From Rubripirellula sp. (GTDB lineage Bacteria > Planctomycetota > Planctomycetia > Pirellulales > Pirellulaceae), in contig OZ244207.1 of NCBI GenBank assembly GCA_965216875.1, positions 4,928,001 to 4,992,000 of the forward strand: a stretch of 64,000 bases of DNA, written 5' to 3'. The notes beneath the pieces were generated by a model, which saw only the letters and a list, made by a program, of their open reading frames with translations, had not been told where the DNA came from and did not search any database. Every line of letters starts with the position of its first letter. Position 1 is the first letter of the stretch. Positions 57,106-64,000 of this stretch are shown piece by piece. Position numbers and translations under genes: made by a program.

Positions 57106-58605
57106 CTACAACCCTGCATCACGTTTATCGAGCTTGCCAAATTCTGGCTTGGTCGGTTTGTAGGGTTTCATCTCGCCGTCGCGCGACATCAAAAATGTAT
57201 GTTCGCCGTAGCGAATCAGATGATGGCGGCGCACCATGTCCATGTTCCATTGAATCGGCGCCTCAAAAAGATTCATCGGACGAGCTTCGTCAGGCACGCC
57301 CACGGCAACAAGTGCTTCAATGCTGCTTTGCCAATTCGGTGAACTCGGCAGCGTTTCACTCCGCGACGGAGCGAGCTTGATCCACCCCACTGTGATTTGC
57401 CGGCTTCCTCGAATCCAGTTGATGGACGAGATGTACCCGATTTCGAGATGACGACCGCTGCGGCGCACGAAGCAATCACGAAGCTCTTTGTCGCCGAGCT
57501 TCGGGGGCGCCGGGAACAGGCTGCCGGTCAGGTGGATGTAACCATCATCCGCCGTCGCCACGCCGCTGCGATGCTCGGGTTCGACGTTGGCAACGGATGT
57601 TGAAACATCGCCGAGCGTTTTAAAGCCCGTCTTTTGCTTTTGATGGTCGATCCAGCGATAGTCTCCTGTCCAACACTGCCCGCCGCCCGCATCGAGAATC
57701 ACACAGCTTCCATCGGCACGAAACGAAATCCCAAACGTTGGATCCGATCCGTCCGCCGCAACTTCGATCCAATCACCGATCACTTCCTGTCGGTCCATTC
57801 CTGTCGGCCATACCCAATAGGTGACGCCAACGATGGCCAACACAAACAATCCACCAACAAGCACATCGGCACGTATCCTGATCGACTTTTTTGGTTTCCC
57901 CCGTCGCAAATCGGTACGAAGCTGTTCGCTGTAGTCTTCGAGACTTGGATCTTCTTCCAGTTCCTCGATCGGCCCAGCGAATTCATCAGCAATGTCGGCG
58001 GCTCGACTTGCCGGCGCGTTGGTTGCGTTTGGCGACTCCGACACGGGGCTCGATTGGACAACCGCCACCTGTGCGATTTGACTCTCCACCGGTGCTTCCG
58101 TTCTTCGCTCGCCGCGCCAACGCGAGTGGACCGGATGTGATGGGTCAACGCGTTGTGGGTGCGGCGCTGTGTTGGCAGCGGCAAGCCGCCCTTCCAAACA
58201 TGCCGCCAACACGTTGATACGTGTCACGGTGATCCATGGGTTTTGGTCACTGGTCGTTTCGGTACTCGGCGGAGGCTGACCATTGATCACTTGAACGAGT
58301 GCATCTTCGGGCAACATGCCGCGAACGGCGAACCCAATGAGTTCGCGAAGCTTGAAAGGACCGTCAAACGAATCGTTGACCCCAGTCAATCGAAACTCGG
58401 GAACATGCGTGCCGGCGGGATGGGGCAGGGGAGTCTGTTTTTGAGAAAACAGACCGATGTCGCCGGCACGCATCCACGGTCCATTTTCGGAACCGCCGAC
58501 CTGGGTCGCGGGAAGAACGATTCGTGCCAAGGCGGCTTCGCGCAATTCGATCCCCGTGAAAGGGCCGCAGACAGCGCGTTCGGTCTTGATGTAGAAATCA
58601 GTCAT
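57106..58605 (-). CDS. Membrane protein with two GYF_2 (DUF4339)-like domains
   Basis: GPFTGIELR and GPFKLRELI repeats, each followed by W; central TM; C-terminal beta domain. Confidence 0.75.
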   Translation of the reverse strand: MTDFYIKTERAVCGPFTGIELREAALARIVLPATQVGGSENGPWMRAGDIGLFSQKQTPLPHPAGTHVPEFRLTGVNDSFDGPFKLRELIGFAVRGMLPEDALVQVINGQPPPSTETTSDQNPWITVTRINVLAACLEGRLAAANTAPHPQRVDPSHPVHSRWRGERRTEAPVESQIAQVAVVQSSPVSESPNATNAPASRAADIADEFAGPIEELEEDPSLEDYSEQLRTDLRRGKPKKSIRIRADVLVGGLFVLAIVGVTYWVWPTGMDRQEVIGDWIEVAADGSDPTFGISFRADGSCVILDAGGGQCWTGDYRWIDHQKQKTGFKTLGDVSTSVANVEPEHRSGVATADDGYIHLTGSLFPAPPKLGDKELRDCFVRRSGRHLEIGYISSINWIRGSRQITVGWIKLAPSRSETLPSSPNWQSSIEALVAVGVPDEARPMNLFEAPIQWNMDMVRRHHLIRYGEHTFLMSRDGEMKPYKPTKPEFGKLDKRDAGL

Positions 58606-58775
58606 CAACCACGGGCGACGGTAGCGAAACGGGGCGTTCCCAGAAATCCGCCCCACGTCGCATTGTAGCCGACACGTTCACAGCAGTCGCTGTGCCATTT
58701 CCTGAGCCGTGATCGCCGTAGCGACGCTCGCCCGAGCGTGGAAGTAGCGGCACCGACCTTTCATCAGAAACATCG

Positions 58776-58837
58776 TCGCCTTTCGCTCCGCGAAAGGCGC
58801 GTAGGGTGACGCAACTTTCGCGGAGCGAAAGGCGACG
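58776..58837. repeat. Palindromic dispersed repeat (copy 3)
   Basis: GTCGCCTTTCGCTCCGCGAAAG...CTTTCGCGGAGCGAAAGGCGAC perfect arms. Confidence 0.88.
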
Positions 58838-58908
58838 ATCAAGAATCACAGCCATCAGCCAGAGTGCCATCGGCACACGTGTCATGCACAGCATGACCTA
58901 CGTTCACC

Positions 58909-60147
58909 CTATCGTGACTTGACGTCGTAGACCAACAACACGCTTTGATCGCGCAGGTACATTTTCCCGTTGGCGATCACAGGGTGAGCCCAAGCCCGTT
59001 CATCAGTCCGAGAGGGCTGATCAAAGTGACTCACTTCGATCATGTCATCTGTGGTCGCTTTGATCAAAGCGATCGGTCCCGATTCACTTCGCAGATAGAA
59101 GTGGCCATCAGCGTAAACCGTCGCTCCCTTGCCAATGCTTCGGGCATTGAAGTTCAACTCGCCCGATTCAATTTCGAGGCATCGAAACGTACCACCGCTC
59201 GATCCAAAGACATGATCGCCGAGCAGCAGGACACCACCGTGGTGATTGGCAATCGCTTTGCTGGCGTAAATCTCTTCGGTCGACCAGTCAGATCCGATTC
59301 GAAAACCGTTACACCCGACGCCGTACGATGAGGTGACAAATACGATGTCGCCTGAAACGACCGGTGTTGCAACGACTGCCGTCTTGCCTTCGCGATCGGC
59401 TTTCCAAATCAGCTTGCCTGTGTCGGGTTCGATCCCCGCAACACTTCGGCCGGTCAATTGTACATATTGCCGCTTGCCATGAATGGTGGCGACAATCACT
59501 GAAGAATAAGCTGCCGTGTCCGTCCACTCGGTGGTGCGCCAAAGCGTTTCGCCACTCTTACGATCAAGCGCGACGACCGTACCTTTGTTGCCGCCAGGGG
59601 TGCAGATCACTTTGTTGCCATCGACGAGTGGCGATTCACTGTAGCGCCACCCCGACATCATCTTGCCACCAAGATCGTCTTCGAGTTCGACCGACCAAAG
59701 CAGGTCACCACCCTCACGTTGCACACACGCGATGGTGCCATGTTGATTGAGCGTAAAGATTTGGTCGCCATCCACCGTCGGTGTACTGCGTGGTCCTTTG
59801 TAGCGTTTGTGACCGCCGCGCTCGCCGATCTTGGTCTTCCACGCAATCTGGCCATCGTCGTCCGAGAGCGCGATCAGGTAACAGCCGTCTTCGAGATCCC
59901 CGAGCGTGTAAACGTAGCCATTGGCCACCGCAACGCTCGAATAACCTTCGCCAAGTCCGTCAGCCTTCCACTGCATCGCTGGACCGCCCTCGGGCCACTC
60001 TTTAAGCAGACCGGTTTCCTTTGAAAGTCCATCCCGATTGGGACCACGCCACTGTGGCCAATCTTCGGCGACAACACTACTAGACAAAAACAGCGTAGCC
60101 GCAACGAATGACAGACACGCTCGGCGCGATAGGCGATCGACTTGCAT
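58909..60147 (-). CDS. PQQ-like beta-propeller repeat protein (planctomycete expanded family)
   Basis: Signal peptide, DWPQWRGPNRDG, repeated ALD..G..lW, WAHPVIANGKMYLRD. Confidence 0.93.
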   Translation of the reverse strand: MQVDRLSRRACLSFVAATLFLSSSVVAEDWPQWRGPNRDGLSKETGLLKEWPEGGPAMQWKADGLGEGYSSVAVANGYVYTLGDLEDGCYLIALSDDDGQIAWKTKIGERGGHKRYKGPRSTPTVDGDQIFTLNQHGTIACVQREGGDLLWSVELEDDLGGKMMSGWRYSESPLVDGNKVICTPGGNKGTVVALDRKSGETLWRTTEWTDTAAYSSVIVATIHGKRQYVQLTGRSVAGIEPDTGKLIWKADREGKTAVVATPVVSGDIVFVTSSYGVGCNGFRIGSDWSTEEIYASKAIANHHGGVLLLGDHVFGSSGGTFRCLEIESGELNFNARSIGKGATVYADGHFYLRSESGPIALIKATTDDMIEVSHFDQPSRTDERAWAHPVIANGKMYLRDQSVLLVYDVKSR

Positions 60148-60268
60148 GAGGATTGCTCGGTCGGTGGGAAGGGAGCAGCGTTCGACAACGACCGCCGCGG
60201 TAGGCATTGACGCAACATTCTAGCCTATCCGCGTCGGCCAAACCGCAACCCATCCCTCCGGCCGGGAA

Positions 60269-60742
60269 CTAGTGTGCCCGATGCGGGATCAACATCGCCA
60301 CGTTTTCAGCCTCATGATCCTCATGTTGCTCCAGCGCGGCAACAAACGATTCCACTTCATTGATCGCCGATTGCCACGACTCGAAGGGTGGCTCAAGTTC
60401 ATCAAGCCGATCCACCAAATCGTTCAACCGATCAAGCAACACTCGATGGTCGCGGATTGCCTGGCGCCGCGTTGCGCTGACCGCAACGCACTCAGGCGAG
60501 TATAAACCGGAGAGCTGGTTGGTGATCTCGTTCTCGCGTTGGAAGTGTTTGGCGAGTTGCCGCCGCAGCGACTTTAGCCGCAATGCGGTTTCGCCAAATC
60601 GTGGGATGCCTAGCTGACTCACGTCACTCATCCAATGTCGGACATCATCAAACTCTTCTTCGATTCTTCGGTCTTCGACCTTCCATTGACCGAAAAGGGT
60701 TTGGAGCCTTTCTTCGTAAATCACGTTCATCGTTCGACTCAC
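60269..60742 (-). CDS. Hemerythrin-like (HHE) domain protein
   Basis: HFQREN, DH and HEDHE helical motifs. Confidence 0.75.
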   Translation of the reverse strand: MSRTMNVIYEERLQTLFGQWKVEDRRIEEEFDDVRHWMSDVSQLGIPRFGETALRLKSLRRQLAKHFQRENEITNQLSGLYSPECVAVSATRRQAIRDHRVLLDRLNDLVDRLDELEPPFESWQSAINEVESFVAALEQHEDHEAENVAMLIPHRAH

Positions 60743-61227
60743 AGGGATGCCTCGGCAGTCCCGACGGGCTCAGCCGAGAGGGTAGATGCTTCTCGTCATC
60801 TTCTCTTATTAGGTGTGTCCGAGGTGAATTAAACAACTACTGTGCAGGTGAGATGCCAAAGTGACCCGAATCCGAACAAGCGGTCTCAACTTTTTGAAAA
60901 CGATCGATAACGGCCCCGTTTGCGTTCAGAACCGATACAAGCAATACGCTGGGCGTGGCGTTTTGCCTCGGTTTTTCCCCGAGATTCGCGTGAATCTCCC
61001 TGGGTGGCTCAACGATTGGGCACAATCTCGTGCGCGGTATCGCCCACCAATGATCGCCGGCGACCACTTTTTGAAAAGGTCCACCCGATTCGCGGTCAAC
61101 AGCGCCCCGTCCCCACTTCCTTGACGCCCCTACTGTTGAGCACTATCGTCGGCAACTTCTCCGAACCAATGATTGTCTATTCCATCAAGTGTTCGCTCGA
61201 ACCCAATCCAAACTAGGGACGGTTTTG

Positions 61228-61944
61228 ATGGCACGTTCTCCCGCAGGACTGGTTGAACTCTTTGCTCCTCGTAGCGATTTGCTTCAAGACTTTTCGTTCG
61301 CAGATTTCCCATCGCGATTGTTGGGCTGGCATGGTCCGACGATCGATCTCGATGCGGGCGCAACCCACTATGGGTACATCGCAAGCGGCAATGCCGAAAT
61401 CGAGTTTGGCGATTATCGATACCCACTTTCCGCTGGCATGTATTTTTGTGTTCCGCATGCCATGCGATTGGTCGGAAATGGAACGGGCTTTATCGCGTCG
61501 CGAATCGACTACCGCGGACTGTTTCAGCTTGGCGGCCCCGTCGAATCGACCGGACGACTGAGGTACATCGATGGTTGTCGCGACACCCTGTTGATCGGAC
61601 CGCCGGTCATCGGCGATCCGTGCTTGAACTTGCTTCACATCCCACCGGACACGCGACAAACGTCGCACACCCATCCGTCCGAGCGTCTCGGGATGATCGC
61701 GGCGGGGCGAGGCGTTTGCAAAACGTTATCCGGAGACCTTCAACTCGAACCGGGCATGATCTTTTCGATCGAATCGGAGGGAGTGCATAGCTTCAACACA
61801 AACGATGAGTCACTGCTTGTCATTGCGTGGCACCCCGACAGTGATTGTGGCCCGTCCCACGAAGACCACCCCATGATCAATCGCACGATCATCGACGGGA
61901 TTTCGGCTTCAACGCTTGCGACCAAAGGAGAGTTGAATCGATGA
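61228..61944 (+). CDS. Cupin-fold metalloprotein
   Basis: QTSHTHPSERLG and GVHSF cupin motifs, RYIDGC, WHPDSD. Confidence 0.85.
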   Translation: MARSPAGLVELFAPRSDLLQDFSFADFPSRLLGWHGPTIDLDAGATHYGYIASGNAEIEFGDYRYPLSAGMYFCVPHAMRLVGNGTGFIASRIDYRGLFQLGGPVESTGRLRYIDGCRDTLLIGPPVIGDPCLNLLHIPPDTRQTSHTHPSERLGMIAAGRGVCKTLSGDLQLEPGMIFSIESEGVHSFNTNDESLLVIAWHPDSDCGPSHEDHPMINRTIIDGISASTLATKGELNR

Positions 61945-62903
61945 AGTGTCCGAAGTGCGGCCACAACCATCCGGCAAAGCAGGGCATGAAATGCTCGAGC
62001 TGTCGCTATCAGTTTACTTTCAACCCAAAGTCATGGTCGTCACCGGGAATCACGGACGGAAAGTTTCTCTCGTACATTCGCGGCGCGAGCGCAAACGACA
62101 CGGTCTACTTCACGCGGAATCACTTGTATTCGGTCTACTGCCGAAAACAACGTCCTGCTCGTGGCTTTTGGATCGTTGCTGCCGTGATCGCAGCTGTCAT
62201 GAGCGCGGCATGGTTGTTGGATGAAGATCCCGCCTACGTTCGTGGCGTTCTCGCTCTCCTGTTTTGTGGTTTCATGATCTGGCGAGCCTTCGTCGTCCGG
62301 GCCAAGTGCGTGAAGAAAAAGAAGTTCTTCAAGTGGATCGATCAGTGGCAAGCGAAAGGTCACTTGATCGAAAAACTGATCGAAGCCCCAACGCTTCATC
62401 AGCCGCCGCCGCACTGGAAAGAGTCCGACATCTACGACTACGGTGTCGAGAAAATCGTGATCGTCGAGCGCGACATCTTGGTCGATTGGATGGTGCTTAA
62501 CAATGCTCACGCTCAGCAAAAGGCGCTCGTCATCAGCGAGAGCGGGTACCCAAGTTATCTAATGCCCATCGCCGAAAAGTTGCTGCGCGAGAATCCAACA
62601 CTCCCGATCCATTTGCTGCATGACGCAACCCAAAACGGATTGCAGATGGAAGCCCGCATCCGGCAAATGAACTTGCCCATCGCGGGACACCCGATCACCG
62701 ATTTGGGAATGAAACCCGACGATTTCAAACGCATTCGCCGCATCCGCAATGTTCATGACAGCGATGGAGGAGAACTGGAGATCGACTTGCTCGGATTCGG
62801 AATGCTCGCTGGCGGAATGGTGCTCTGCACGGAATTGGGGCTCGAGATTTCCGGTCTTCTGGATGGATCGGACGGGGCGGACGACGTCGGTGACTTTGGT
62901 TAA
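61941..62903 (+). CDS. Zinc-ribbon + 2 TM + Toprim-like domain protein
   Basis: CPKC..CSSC N-terminus, two TM helices, IVIVERD / SGYP / LLHDA..G. ATGA coupling to the cupin gene. Confidence 0.7.
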   Translation: MKCPKCGHNHPAKQGMKCSSCRYQFTFNPKSWSSPGITDGKFLSYIRGASANDTVYFTRNHLYSVYCRKQRPARGFWIVAAVIAAVMSAAWLLDEDPAYVRGVLALLFCGFMIWRAFVVRAKCVKKKKFFKWIDQWQAKGHLIEKLIEAPTLHQPPPHWKESDIYDYGVEKIVIVERDILVDWMVLNNAHAQQKALVISESGYPSYLMPIAEKLLRENPTLPIHLLHDATQNGLQMEARIRQMNLPIAGHPITDLGMKPDDFKRIRRIRNVHDSDGGELEIDLLGFGMLAGGMVLCTELGLEISGLLDGSDGADDVGDFG

Positions 62904-62929
62904 TCGCCCTCGACAACGAGACTGCAACC

Positions 62930-64000
62930 TTGATTGATGCCATTGTCGGTTCTGTTGGTGCCAGCAGCGAAGAGCGATTGCGATCCATGGCGCAATCCAT
63001 TGCGCATCGCGGACGCTGGCGTGACGACCAATTTCGACAATCTTCTCATTGGTCGATCGCACGCATCGCTCATCCATGCACCACAACGATTGGGATCCCC
63101 ACAGGATCGCGTTTTGCGACCGACCGCGATTTGACGGTCGCCTTTTGTGGCTACTGCACGAGCACGTCTTTCTCTGGCCGCAAGGATGATCGTCCATTCT
63201 TGCAATTGATCGCCGATGAATATCGCAAGCACGGACTCGATTTCGCCAAGCCGGTTCGAGGGTCCTATTTGATCCTCGTGGCCGACCATGAATCGGGAAA
63301 AGTTCATATTGCTCGTGACGGAGCCGGGGGACGAACCCTGTTTTATGGCAAAGCGGGCGACCAATGGCTCTTTTCATGTGAACCAAAGTCGATCACCTCG
63401 CAGAGCGCCTTCTCAGCCAAAATCCGACCGGCGGCGCTTGCCCAGTACCTTTCGTTCAGCTTCACGCCAGGTGCCGGCACCATGCTGGAAAACCTGTACG
63501 AATTGCAATGCGGTCACGTGGTCACTCTCGAAGCGGGCCAAACGCCCAAGCTTCACAACTTCTTCCCGTTCGAACAGTTCGAATGGGATGGCGAACAACC
63601 GGACATCAGCGACCAACAATGGGTCGATCGCACTCGCGACGCCGTCGCGAGTGCGGTCACACAACGTCTTCCTCAAAGTGGCGAACCCGTTGGCGTCTTT
63701 CTTTCCGGCGGGCTCGACTCGAGCATCATCGCAGCGGAAGTCGCAAGGCAACATCAAGGTCCGGTCTATTCGTACGCATTGCACTTCGGTCCCAACTATC
63801 CGAACGAACTCTCCTTTGCCAAGTCAGTCGCTGATCGCGTAGGAACGAAACACCACGAGATTTTGATCGAACCAAAGAACTTCGTTTCGCGGATGCGCCA
63901 GATGGTTTGGCATCTCGATGAACCGATTGGCGATCCCATCACACAACCCAACTTCGAATTGGCACGTCGCGTTGCCGACGATGTTTGCGTCGTGTTCAAT
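62930..64000 (+). CDS. Asparagine synthase (AsnB)-like amidotransferase/ligase, runs off window
   Basis: Manual translation from TTG 62930: IDAIVG..IAHRG..ARDGAGGRTLFY..FLSGGLDSS..HLDEPIGDP. Confidence 0.88.
   Translation, partial: MIDAIVGSVGASSEERLRSMAQSIAHRGRWRDDQFRQSSHWSIARIAHPCTTTIGIPTGSRFATDRDLTVAFCGYCTSTSFSGRKDDRPFLQLIADEYRKHGLDFAKPVRGSYLILVADHESGKVHIARDGAGGRTLFYGKAGDQWLFSCEPKSITSQSAFSAKIRPAALAQYLSFSFTPGAGTMLENLYELQCGHVVTLEAGQTPKLHNFFPFEQFEWDGEQPDISDQQWVDRTRDAVASAVTQRLPQSGEPVGVFLSGGLDSSIIAAEVARQHQGPVYSYALHFGPNYPNELSFAKSVADRVGTKHHEILIEPKNFVSRMRQMVWHLDEPIGDPITQPNFELARRVADDVCVVFN

Overview
This is a GC-rich bacterial chromosome segment, very probably from a Pirellulaceae-type planctomycete. 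The evidence is the 'LExRxML' extracellular signal, the GEVED/dockerin glycosidase, the PQQ-propeller and GYF_2 proteins, and the repeat families. 1-16 kb is mostly core genome: rpoN (partial), recR-ybaB-dnaX-ffs, wecB, a stand-alone RNAP alpha-CTD protein, an arrestin-fold/ATPase operon, STAS protein and kinase, apbE, tRNA-Ser and tRNA-Lys. 16-37 kb is accessory. It has two OprB porins around an atypical M19 dipeptidase, then an essentially complete Flp/Tad pilus locus. That locus is headed by a His/Cys-rich DUF2946-like ORF ending in an RGPP arrest-type motif, contains a secreted protein with a His every seventh residue, and is interrupted by a RAYT transposase with a 92-bp REPIN array. 37-64 kb holds a K+ channel, a CNNM protein, an OprO/P porin, an MBOAT/SGNH pair, prkA-yeaH-spoVR, a GH13 glycosidase, a methyltransferase, a hidden Rdx/SelW-type selenoprotein gene (CxxU, absent from the ORF track), a sulfotransferase, and a cupin / membrane-Toprim / AsnB-like operon running off the end. 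The strongest leads are a putative metal-regulated, metal-binding Tad pilus system, the UGA-recoded selenoprotein, and an A10 slippage site in dnaX. All calls come from motif recognition by eye; no searches were run.
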